A DNA stretch of 33,537 nt from Pseudomonadota bacterium. Its GTDB lineage: Bacteria > Bdellovibrionota > FAC87 > UBA2466. The stretch's first letter is position 1; every line of letters begins with the position of its first letter. Below the pieces are notes generated by a model. That model searched no databases. It worked only from the letters and a program-made list of their open reading frames with translations, and had not been told where the DNA came from. Below, in pieces: positions 1-8,095 of the stretch. The position numbers were made by a program, and so were the translations under genes. The DNA lies in NCBI GenBank assembly GCA_043767805.1, contig JAYUGC010000074.1:1-33537 (forward strand), written 5' to 3'.

Positions 1-2
1 CT

Positions 3-1499
3 GCACTCGCGACCGCGTCACCCGAGCTCGATAAGCGGTACGCGTTCGAGCACGTGGCGGTCGTAATCTTGAACGCGGATCAAGAGCCGGTGTACGCCGA
101 TCAAGTGAAGAGCTCTCTCATCGAGTGGCTCGATCGTCAGCTACGCTTTCAAATCATTTCTCTCGGCGAAGGCGTCGTGCAGAAAGCATTCCCCGGCGGC
201 GCCGCGCCTTCGCTGGGCGCGCCTCACTCCGAAGCGCTCGGTCCGTATCGCGCGCTCCTCACTCAGTGGGCCGGCGAAGGCATCGACGGCGTGGTCATGG
301 CGGAGATTCAAAAGAGCGAAGAGGTCTATCAGATTTTTGCCGCGCTTTTACTTCCCGCCACGGGCGAAGTCGTTTACTCGGTCGTCGTTCCCGTCGCGCA
401 AAGCCATCAGCTCGTCGGATTCGCCACCGCGGCGAAAGACGCCGCCGACCAGCTTTCCAATTCCATTCCTTTTGATGGAGCCATCGTGAAGCGGGAAGGG
501 TACCGCGTGATCTTGAACCGCGGAACGCCGAAGCTTCTCGTGGGGCAGCATCTCGCCGTTTACAGTCTCGAGCAGAATAGGGGCGGCCTGGCCTTTGAAG
601 AGACGGGAGCTATCGAGCTCACACGCGTAGAGCGCAATCTCGCTTTCGGCACCGTTCTCGTCGAAAAAGAGGGCCATTCAGTAGTGGCGGGAAATAAAAT
701 CCGTCTCAACCAGCCGGCCGTATACGCGCATCGCTTGCCGCTCGCGGGAGCAAATACCCGCGGTCCCGCCTCGATCTTTTCCAACGAAGTGACGATGCAA
801 AAGGGCGAGCTGGGAACGGTCAATGTCGACTTCGGCTTTTCGCTCGTGACGCTAGCTCTCGCGACCGCCAACAACACGGCTTCCAATTCGAAGACGGCGG
901 TTTACCCGGGCGCCTCTCTCCAGGGTGAGCTCTGGCTCACCGGCAGAATCTTCATGGACCTGGGCTTTCAGCTCGCGTCCGCCACTTTGACCACAACGGG
1001 CGGCGGGACCACTGAAAATCTAAATTCGTCTCTCTCCGATTTTCGCGGGTCGCTCGGTTATCGCCTGCTACTGACGCCTCGGAGCGAGGGCCCCACCGCG
1101 CGGTTCTCCTTGGGCTACACGAGCCACAAATTCACGATCGATCCGGCGCGCGATCCGCTGTTCTTCGGCAGCGCGAACTACAAAGGCCTTTCGCTGGGCG
1201 CGGGCGCCCGGCTTCCGCTGACCGATAAATGGGGATTAGGCGCCGATGTCTTCGCTCTAATTTTTCCGTCGCTCGACGAGGGCCCGATTACCAGCGGCGC
1301 GCAAGTGACTCAAGTCTCGGCTATCGAGTTTCTGGTGAAGGGTTACTACAACTTCACCCCCGAACTGGATTTAGAAGCCAAGATCTTGTTTCAGGGTTAC
1401 AGCGCGCAGTTCGCGGGCAGGGGAACTCGGCCCGTGTCGCTCCTCTCTTCGAGCCGCAGCTCGCGCCTCCTCTCGCTCGGCCTCTCTTACTATTTCTGA
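3..1499 (+). CDS. Outer-membrane protein, 5'-truncated by the window edge: periplasmic alpha/beta domain, FlgT-C-like beta domain and C-terminal beta-barrel
   Basis: The frame is open from position 3 (ALATASPELDK..., resembling a signal-peptide end). The C-terminal ~230 aa are amphipathic beta-strands ending LGLSYYF (terminal Phe typical of BAM substrates). Confidence 0.7.
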   Translation, partial: ALATASPELDKRYAFEHVAVVILNADQEPVYADQVKSSLIEWLDRQLRFQIISLGEGVVQKAFPGGAAPSLGAPHSEALGPYRALLTQWAGEGIDGVVMAEIQKSEEVYQIFAALLLPATGEVVYSVVVPVAQSHQLVGFATAAKDAADQLSNSIPFDGAIVKREGYRVILNRGTPKLLVGQHLAVYSLEQNRGGLAFEETGAIELTRVERNLAFGTVLVEKEGHSVVAGNKIRLNQPAVYAHRLPLAGANTRGPASIFSNEVTMQKGELGTVNVDFGFSLVTLALATANNTASNSKTAVYPGASLQGELWLTGRIFMDLGFQLASATLTTTGGGTTENLNSSLSDFRGSLGYRLLLTPRSEGPTARFSLGYTSHKFTIDPARDPLFFGSANYKGLSLGAGARLPLTDKWGLGADVFALIFPSLDEGPITSGAQVTQVSAIEFLVKGYYNFTPELDLEAKILFQGYSAQFAGRGTRPVSLLSSSRSSRLLSLGLSYYF

Positions 1500-1500
1500 T

Positions 1501-1857
1501 CTCGCCTTCCGGGCGTTCGATCCGGGGCGGTCACTGGATGCTGGTACAAGGTAATACCTGGCCCCTTACACTGGTCCTGGACGGGCAGGAGATATTTGAA
1601 ACCTCTCGCGATTCATTAGGATGTCGTGCGGTCTTTTTTCGTTCGAAGGCGCTTCGGTAGGAAAGCCGCTCACTTATCCGTGCTCCAGGTCCAGCGAAAG
1701 GGGCCAGGTATTACAAGGTAGGCTATTTTGATCTTGGCCTCACGGACCCCTCATTGAGATCGGGCTGGCGTTAACGAGCCGCCCTTCAGGGGAAGATCTA
1801 ATTGATTACCTCGTACCAGCAACCAGTGACTGGGCCGGATCGAGCGCCGAAGGCGAG
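1501..1857 (+). ncRNA. Candidate large structured RNA or nested palindromic element of unknown family
   Basis: 1501-1547 pairs with 1813-1857 (~42/45 pairs, two G-U on the + strand). 1551-1581 pairs with 1684-1714 (28/31). A third arm spans 1716-1811. No credible ORF. Confidence 0.6.
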
Positions 1858-1913
1858 CGTTTCGTAGGTGTATTCTTGCGTAACACGGCGGAACCGTGTT
1901 GAGATTCGGTGCG

Positions 1914-2058
1914 CTTCCCCGATTCGTCTGGGCACTAGCCGGGCAGATCTACGGCCTTTCACGTACTTATCAGATTGTGCCGCTCTCCCTGCCTGGAAGA
2001 TCGCCAAACCCCGAGCCTGGAAATGTCGGCCGTTGGCTTGCACTAGATAACGGGGAAG
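1914..2058 (+). promoter_or_regulatory. Structured 5' leader whose closing stem covers the purine-rich sequence before the J-domain gene start
   Basis: CTTCCCCG 1914-1921 pairs with CGGGGAAG 2051-2058. CCGGGCAG 1939-1946 pairs with CTGCCTGG 1989-1996. ATG is at 2066. Confidence 0.4.
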
Positions 2059-2065
2059 GAAGGCG

Positions 2066-2743
2066 ATGAAAGCGCAGCAAGTTCAATCCTATCGCGATCG
2101 ACTCCACCGGGAACGCGCCCACCGCGACGACTCCGACCCTCATGATTTAGTCGATTACCGCGATTCCTTCTCTCGCGTGTATTTTTCGTCGGGCGCTTTT
2201 CTAGCCGCCGAGTACGTGACTGAAACCGCGATGACCATGGTGCCTTCGGGCCTGATTTTCCCGCTCGGCTTTCTGATCTTCTGGGCGGTCTATTACACTT
2301 ATTACAAGCCAAGTTTTTTGGAGGCTCAGCTCTTTTTCCGGGAGCGCTGGAATTGGAATGCGATTCCCGTGGTCCTTCTCGGAGTCGCCATTTGGTTCGT
2401 TAAGGCGTCTTTGCACGATGCGGTTCGGATCGCAAAGTTTTGTCTCGGCGTCCGGAAGAAAGCGCCCACCCTCGCTCCCGCGCTCCAACGCGCGGGCACG
2501 CTCGCCCTCGTTTCAAAGAAAGCCGAGTTGCCGCCCGAAGTGAAAGCCGCGCTCGAAGATTTGGGCTTCGAAGGTTTAGTGAGGTGGGAACTCATCCAGC
2601 ACCGCTACCGGGTTCTGGCCAAGCGGTACCATCCCGATCTCAATCCGGAAATCACGCGCTCGGGTAACCGCTTCATGCGGCTCGACGCTTCCTATCGCCG
2701 GCTGGCGAGCGTGCGCCATCGCTACTTCATTTCTTCGAAATGA
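2066..2743 (+). CDS. Membrane-anchored protein with C-terminal J domain (class C DnaJ-like co-chaperone)
   Basis: Two hydrophobic segments, then ALEDLG...RYRVLAKRYHPDLN...FMRLDASYRRL with the HPD motif. Confidence 0.85.
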   Translation: MKAQQVQSYRDRLHRERAHRDDSDPHDLVDYRDSFSRVYFSSGAFLAAEYVTETAMTMVPSGLIFPLGFLIFWAVYYTYYKPSFLEAQLFFRERWNWNAIPVVLLGVAIWFVKASLHDAVRIAKFCLGVRKKAPTLAPALQRAGTLALVSKKAELPPEVKAALEDLGFEGLVRWELIQHRYRVLAKRYHPDLNPEITRSGNRFMRLDASYRRLASVRHRYFISSK

Positions 2744-2744
2744 A

Positions 2745-2991
2745 TCACTGGTAGTAGATGGTTCCCGTCGCGTTATAGAGGAACTCGTTGCCGTACTGGC
2801 TAGAGAGCCTTGGTTCCCAGTTGCGCCTTGAGCTCGGCTTTCCAGGCCGCGCAGCGCTGGTCGAAGAGGTCGCTGACTTCGGCACTGGTGGACGCAGCCG
2901 CGAAGAGCGTTTCCTTTACTTCCAGATCGCCCGCTTGGGCGCTCAGACTGAGCAAAAAGGAGATGAAAAGAATCATGGAAAGATATTTCAT
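2745..2991 (-). pseudogene. Small secreted protein interrupted by a frameshift or deletion
   Basis: GAGGGA RBS and ATG 2991, signal peptide MKYLSMILFISFLLSLSAQA, stop TAG at 2800-2802. A shifted frame continues SQYGNEFLYNATGTIYYQ* to TGA at 2745. Confidence 0.5.
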
Positions 2992-3138
2992 GTGTGGTCC
3001 CTCTGTTTGAGACCTGCCTCGGTTGGCCGAATGCTTGAGCAAATTGCGTACCAGAAGGATTCGGGCTGAAACGGCGGAATTGCCGTGACGCGCTAAGTAT
3101 AAAAAGGTGGCGCTGGGAGCCTTTTGCCACCGTCTCAC

Positions 3139-4170
3139 TTAAGCGCCGCGGCTCTGTTTCGGATTGGCGGCTTCGTTACTGCGAGCAGACGAGGACAGCG
3201 TTTTCAGCTCTTTCTTGATCTCGCGGGCGTACGGACCCATCGGATCTAAGGTAAGCGCTCTTTCGAGAAAGCCGACGGCATTAGTCGCTTCGCCAAGCTT
3301 CGCGTAATTGCGCCCGACGTAGAGGTACGTTTCGGCGAGATCCGCGTGAGCTCCCGAGGGAGCGGATGAAATCGAATCGAAAAGCGCTTTCTGAGAGTTC
3401 GCGAGATCGCCCAAGCGATGGAGCAAAATGCCCTCGAGCCGCGGCAAATAGTAACCCGCGTACAGGGTTCTTTCGGGGCCGAGCTGCTCTTGCGATCGTT
3501 TCAGAAGGCTCGCTTTCGCCGCTTGAATAAGAAGAGCCGCGCGAGGCGGCGTTTGATTGCGGTAGAGCAAGAGTTTAGCGAGCTCGTAGTTCGCCTCGAA
3601 GTCGGACGGGTTCTTTTTCAGAATCTGCTCGTACTGATCGGCCGCGCGATCGAAAGACTGGTCTCGTTCCTTCGCTTTGCCTTGCGCCTCGTAGGCGAGT
3701 CCCAGATAGAAATCGACGCTAGGCGAGCGGCTACTGAACTCTCTCGCCCGGAGTAAGCTTTGGATCGCCTCGTGTGGATGACCAAGCCACACGTGAGCGA
3801 TGCCGACTTGAAGGTAGGCGAGGGATTCGTGCGGCCGTTCTTTCACGAGGCTTTCCGCCACGGTGAGGGCGCGCTCGTGCAGGCCGGTCGCGAGGTAGCA
3901 GTAATAGAGGATGTACTTCGCCCAAGTCTGCTGGGCTTGCGCGTCCAAAAGAAACGCCGCTTCAAATTGATTGATGGCGCGGGGGTAATCGCCTTTCCAG
4001 TAACTGTGAAACCCCTGATCGATGAGCCGCTGATTGAGGCCTGCGGAGCTCTCACTGTAAGAAGCGTTGAGGCGTTTAACAAAAATGGGATCAGCCGTTA
4101 CCATCGGAGCGGGACCGCTTGACGCACAGCTCAGCAGGCACAGAAACACGCTAAGAGACGCTATTTTCAT
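3139..4170 (-). CDS. TPR-repeat lipoprotein
   Basis: Lipobox LLSC; several TPR-like motifs (AYLQVGIAH, FYLGLAYEAQG, YLYVGRNYAKLG...ALTLDP). Confidence 0.85.
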   Translation of the reverse strand: MKIASLSVFLCLLSCASSGPAPMVTADPIFVKRLNASYSESSAGLNQRLIDQGFHSYWKGDYPRAINQFEAAFLLDAQAQQTWAKYILYYCYLATGLHERALTVAESLVKERPHESLAYLQVGIAHVWLGHPHEAIQSLLRAREFSSRSPSVDFYLGLAYEAQGKAKERDQSFDRAADQYEQILKKNPSDFEANYELAKLLLYRNQTPPRAALLIQAAKASLLKRSQEQLGPERTLYAGYYLPRLEGILLHRLGDLANSQKALFDSISSAPSGAHADLAETYLYVGRNYAKLGEATNAVGFLERALTLDPMGPYAREIKKELKTLSSSARSNEAANPKQSRGA

Positions 4171-4301
4171 GGCTCTAGGCTCGCTCAGGTCTTTTGTTTT
4201 GTAACGACGCAGTTCGAAGTTCTTAACCCGCGAACGCGTTCCTCCCGAAAAGGGTGATGTCAGTCCTCACTACCCCCGCTACAACTAATCAGAGGTGTTG
4301 A

Positions 4302-4934
4302 ATGTTTAAAGGTTCATTATTGTTGGCTGCGGCGTGTCTTACTTTCGTCGCTCAAGCGGCCCACCAAGCCCCTCCCGCGGGTTTTGAAGATCCCGTCCTT
4401 TTCGCCAAGCTTTTGAAGGGAAACGTGGTCGTTGAGCAGCTGCCGTCGACCAAGACGGAATTTCGCAGCGTCATTCGCGCGTACTTCAATCGCGTAAGCC
4501 CGGACGCTTACGCGGATCTCTATACGAGCCATAAGAAATGGATCGGCCTTCTTGCGGAAATCAAGGACGCGAAGACGCTTTCCTCGAACAACGAGAAGAC
4601 CGAGCTCTCGTACTGGCTGAAGATGAAGATTTGGTACACGGTCCTGTCGTTTGAGATCGAGCCCGTCGGAAAGCAGAACATCGTGGCCGGAAAAGACGCC
4701 ATTTCCGAGTGGACGCTCAAAAACGAGATTACCAATTACAAAGACAGCCTGACGCTCGCCGAGGAGAGCATCCGTCTCATTCCTTACGAGGGCGGCATTC
4801 TCGTCGAAGACAACGTTCACGTCGTGCTCGCGGCGGAAACGGCGTTTGCCAACACGGTCAGAAAAGAGATCGAAAAGAAGTGGAGCCAGCTGATTGGCGC
4901 GTTCCGCAAATCGCTCGGCGGCGACAATAAATAG
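4302..4934 (+). CDS. Secreted protein, possibly START/SRPBCC fold
   Basis: GAGG RBS, Sec signal peptide ending AQA, helix-grip-like pattern with a long C-terminal helix. The fold is inference. Confidence 0.65.
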   Translation: MFKGSLLLAAACLTFVAQAAHQAPPAGFEDPVLFAKLLKGNVVVEQLPSTKTEFRSVIRAYFNRVSPDAYADLYTSHKKWIGLLAEIKDAKTLSSNNEKTELSYWLKMKIWYTVLSFEIEPVGKQNIVAGKDAISEWTLKNEITNYKDSLTLAEESIRLIPYEGGILVEDNVHVVLAAETAFANTVRKEIEKKWSQLIGAFRKSLGGDNK

Positions 4935-4937
4935 CTG

Positions 4938-4968
4938 GTCAGCGTTCAAGCGAAGCTTGAACGCTGAC
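4938..4968. repeat. Perfect 14-bp hairpin with GAA loop (GCGAAGC core)
   Basis: GTCAGCGTTCAAGC-GAA-GCTTGAACGCTGAC. Confidence 0.9.
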
Positions 4969-4978
4969 TGACAATAGC

Positions 4979-4994
4979 CAAAAGGTACCTTTTG
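4979..4994. repeat. 16-bp perfect palindrome with GGTACC core
   Basis: CAAAAGGTACCTTTTG; related to 13067-13098. Confidence 0.85.
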
Positions 4995-5028
4995 AAAGCC
5001 CGGGGGCTTTGGCCTTCCGGGCTTTTTT
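4995..5028 (+). terminator. Rho-independent terminator, probably bidirectional
   Basis: AAAGCCCGGGGGC-TTTG-GCCTTCCGGGC-TTTTTT between convergent genes. Confidence 0.8.
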
Positions 5029-6163
5029 ACGCTGCTTTTATGTGGGGCGCGTTCGGCTTGCTCTGGTCTTTGGACTCGATCCGCCGGATGAGCGAAGAGC
5101 CCCAGGCGATGGTCGGTTTTTCGGCGAGCACGAAGAGAAGTTTCGCCGCCCCGAGATTGACGAGCGCGACGGCGGGAAAGAGCAAAAGGAAATTCACCTC
5201 GGCGGGCAAGGTCCACGGGAGCAGTTTCGTTATAGGCAAGTCTCTTAGCCATTCCATCGACAGCATATGAAATAGGTAGAGCGAATAGCAGCACCTGCCG
5301 AATTGCCTGACGAGCCGCGTGCGGCATAGCCAGCCAACCGGGCTCCGGTCGTGAAAGCTCATCAAGAAAAACGCCGTCATCGAGAGCATGCCGCGGTCAC
5401 TTGCCTTGGTGAACCCTTCCATCAGAGCTACTACACAGGCGAGGTAAAGCCATCGTCGCGCCGTTTTATCCTCGAAAACCTGACGCTGCATCGAAGGATC
5501 ACGCCATACGAAGAACAAGACGATTCCCATGGCAAACGAGTACCAATGGTTCAAGGGGAACCACGAGATGAAGTACAGAGTATCCTCGAGTCCCAGGAGA
5601 GGCGCGGCCCTCAGCCAAACGTAGCTCACGGAATAGGTGGCGACGAAGAATGCGAGCGCTCGCCTGAGGCTCGTCAGCCGCACCACGACCAGGGGAAAGA
5701 TGGCGTAGAACGATTCTTCGACGAAAATGGACCACTGCCACCCGCCGATCTCGACTCCGCTAAAGCGGTAGAAGCCGAAGTACATGAAGATATTCGGCAG
5801 CAGATCTCCAAGGGTGAACCGGTTGCGCAGCCAAGCAAAGAGAAGCATGGAGGCCCACCACAGCGGTAAGATGCGAAAGGCCCGGCGGATGTAAAAGTTC
5901 CTGGCAGGGTTACGCTCCTGCCCCGCCCGGCGTGAATAAGAGGCGTAGAGAGTGAAGGCGCTGACCAGAAAGAAAAGCTGGACGCCTCTTTGTCCCAGCG
6001 CCATGAAGAAGGTAAAGGATCCGGCGAGCTTCGCGCCCTCGCCGCCAATTCCCTGAACGAAAAGGTGATCGGCCATTACCGCGAGAATCGCGATGCCGCG
6101 CAGCCCGTCGATAAAGGGCAGCGAGACAAGGTTTTCTCGCGCCTGTTTTGGGGGCAAATCCAT
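5027..6163 (-). CDS. Acyltransferase family 3 (OafA/YrhL-like) membrane O-acyltransferase without an SGNH domain
   Basis: IDGLRGIAILAV..H, GVQLFFLVSAF, FYIRRAFRILPLW, WSIFVEESFY, SLYLFH and EKP motifs. Confidence 0.92.
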   Translation of the reverse strand: MDLPPKQARENLVSLPFIDGLRGIAILAVMADHLFVQGIGGEGAKLAGSFTFFMALGQRGVQLFFLVSAFTLYASYSRRAGQERNPARNFYIRRAFRILPLWWASMLLFAWLRNRFTLGDLLPNIFMYFGFYRFSGVEIGGWQWSIFVEESFYAIFPLVVVRLTSLRRALAFFVATYSVSYVWLRAAPLLGLEDTLYFISWFPLNHWYSFAMGIVLFFVWRDPSMQRQVFEDKTARRWLYLACVVALMEGFTKASDRGMLSMTAFFLMSFHDRSPVGWLCRTRLVRQFGRCCYSLYLFHMLSMEWLRDLPITKLLPWTLPAEVNFLLLFPAVALVNLGAAKLLFVLAEKPTIAWGSSLIRRIESKDQSKPNAPHIKAA

Positions 6164-6244
6164 GGCTTCTTATCGGAAGATCCCGGGATTTTGCTCAGCT
6201 ATTCCTGAATCTCGCAGCGCAGTGCATTGGAGATCCGAAAACGG

Positions 6245-7444
6245 CTAAACCCGCTTTTTCCAGCGGAGCGTGATGAACCAGCCGAGCACGAGGATGAGGC
6301 TTCCGAGGAAGTAGGGCGAGCCAGGTAAGTAGTTTGGGCTCGCTCTATCGGAGGTGAGCGAGAAAAGCGTCGTCATGATGAGCGGATTCAAGATCGAGGT
6401 CAGGCTCATCACGCTCATGAGCGCGCCTTGGAACTCGCCTTGCTCGGTCTCGGGGACTTCTTTCGTAATAAGCGCCTGAAGGGCGGGGTTCGCGGCCCAG
6501 AAAATCGATCCGACGGCGAGAATCGCGATCATCATCCAGCCGTGCGACGAGACCCCGAAGAGGAAGAAGCTGATCGCCTCGCCGAAGCAGCCGAAGATGA
6601 CGAGATTGATCTCACCGAAGCGTTTGACGAGGGGGCCCGTGAGTCCTCCTTGTGAGATGGCGCTCAGGATTCCCACGACGGCGAGCGAGATGCCGACCTC
6701 GGTCGGCCCCCAATTGTAGCGGTGCTTCGTATAAAGCGTCCACATCGTCGGGTGCGTTTGTCCCGCGAGGTTCAGCAAAAAGAAAATCCAGACGAGAGTG
6801 CCAACGCCTCTGAACCGGCCCAAAGCTTTCAGCGCGTGAAAGGGGTTCAAGGCCTTGGCGTCGAACTTCCGGCGCTTGTCTTTCGGAAGGGATTCCGGGA
6901 GAACGAAAAAACCGAAAATGAAGTTCAGGAAATTGAACGCCGCCGCCGCGAGAAACGGCCACTGCGCTCCGTGGGAGGCGAGCAGGCCGCCAATGGCGGG
7001 GCCGATGATGAAACCCAGGCCGAAGCCCGCTCCGATGACGCCGAAATTCTTGGAGCGGTTCGAGTCGTCGCTGATGTCGGCGATGTAGGCGTTGGCGACG
7101 GTGAAGCTCGCGCCGCTGATCCCGGAAATGATGCGGCCGAGGAAAAGAAGCGGCAAGGTTGGCGCGAACGCCATGAAGAGATAGTCGACGCCGGCGCCGA
7201 GTAAGGACAGTAGGAGTACCGGTCGGCGGCCGTACTGATCGGAGAGCCGTCCCAGGATGGGGGAGGTGGCGAATTGGAGGATGGCGTAGAGCGCGATGAA
7301 GTAACCGAAGGTGCGCGAGACCGACGCTTCGTCGGTGATGAACCGGCGGACCACGTCGGGAAGCACCGGAATGATGATACCGAGGCCGATGGCGTCGATG
7401 GCCAGCGTCACGAAGATGAAAAGAATGCTGGCTTTGCGGTTCAT
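6245..7444 (-). CDS. TCR/Tet-family (DHA1) MFS efflux transporter
   Basis: DAIGLGIIIPVLP, motif A GRLSDQYGRRPVLL, motif C GFGLGFIIGPAIGG; about 12 TM segments. Confidence 0.92.
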   Translation of the reverse strand: MNRKASILFIFVTLAIDAIGLGIIIPVLPDVVRRFITDEASVSRTFGYFIALYAILQFATSPILGRLSDQYGRRPVLLLSLLGAGVDYLFMAFAPTLPLLFLGRIISGISGASFTVANAYIADISDDSNRSKNFGVIGAGFGLGFIIGPAIGGLLASHGAQWPFLAAAAFNFLNFIFGFFVLPESLPKDKRRKFDAKALNPFHALKALGRFRGVGTLVWIFFLLNLAGQTHPTMWTLYTKHRYNWGPTEVGISLAVVGILSAISQGGLTGPLVKRFGEINLVIFGCFGEAISFFLFGVSSHGWMMIAILAVGSIFWAANPALQALITKEVPETEQGEFQGALMSVMSLTSILNPLIMTTLFSLTSDRASPNYLPGSPYFLGSLILVLGWFITLRWKKRV

Positions 7445-7612
7445 CCGAAAACTTATATCAGGTTTGGTGATTTATTTTTTGTCCAAACGCTTGGTTCCAC
7501 CGGCATTGATTTGCGGGACGTCGGAGTCCGGAAAGTGGCTCTGTAAAAAGGATCTCCGGTCCCGATCCGAACCGTGACAGGCTAGAAGTTCTGGCATAGT
7601 TTTCGGATCCCT

Positions 7613-8086
7613 ATGAAGTGGAAAACGCGGCTGCAACGGACAGGTGCTTTGGCAATTGCGACGGGAGGATTCGTTGGATTCTTTCCGGTCGCGCCGGGTA
7701 CGGCCGGATCTCTCGTTGCGTCGTTATTTTTGTGGGTGGTTCCCGGAATTCCGCTCTGGGTTCACATCGTATTAATCGCGGTAGTCCTGGTAACGGGCGC
7801 TTGGGCGAGTGACAAGACGTGTCAAATTCTGAAAAAAGCAGACGCTCAGCCGATCGTGATCGACGAAATTGTCGGCATCCTGATCACCATGGTAGGAATA
7901 CCGCTGACCGATTACTGGCTAGTTTGTGGCTTCGTCTTGTTTCGCATCTTGGATGTCATCAAGCTTCCCCCCGCCAACTACTTCGATGAGAAGGTGAAGA
8001 ATGGCTGGGGAGTCATGTTGGACGATGTAGCGGCTGGGGTTTACGCAAACATAATTTTACGGCTCATGTTACGGGCGCAATTTTAA
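7613..8086 (+). CDS. pgpA: Phosphatidylglycerophosphatase A
   Basis: APGTAGS, IVIDEIVG, FRILDVIK, GWGVMLDDVAAG. Confidence 0.93.
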   Translation: MKWKTRLQRTGALAIATGGFVGFFPVAPGTAGSLVASLFLWVVPGIPLWVHIVLIAVVLVTGAWASDKTCQILKKADAQPIVIDEIVGILITMVGIPLTDYWLVCGFVLFRILDVIKLPPANYFDEKVKNGWGVMLDDVAAGVYANIILRLMLRAQF

Positions 8087-8095
8087 GGAGACAGT

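Noticed and set aside
1229..2050. ORFs 1229-1660, 1798-2043 and 1868-2050
   Set aside because: No motifs; they overlap a real gene or the palindromic region.
1501..2058. RNase P, tmRNA, SRP, 6S or hammerhead identity
   Set aside because: No GAGGAAAGTCC, tRNA-like ends, SRP GGAA-loop motif or CUGANGA/GAAA core was found on either strand. The branched 357-nt fold is unlike 6S, although a divergent 6S cannot be excluded without cmscan.
6245..7444. Acquired tetracycline-resistance gene tetA
   Set aside because: Family-level similarity only; no tetR or mobile context.
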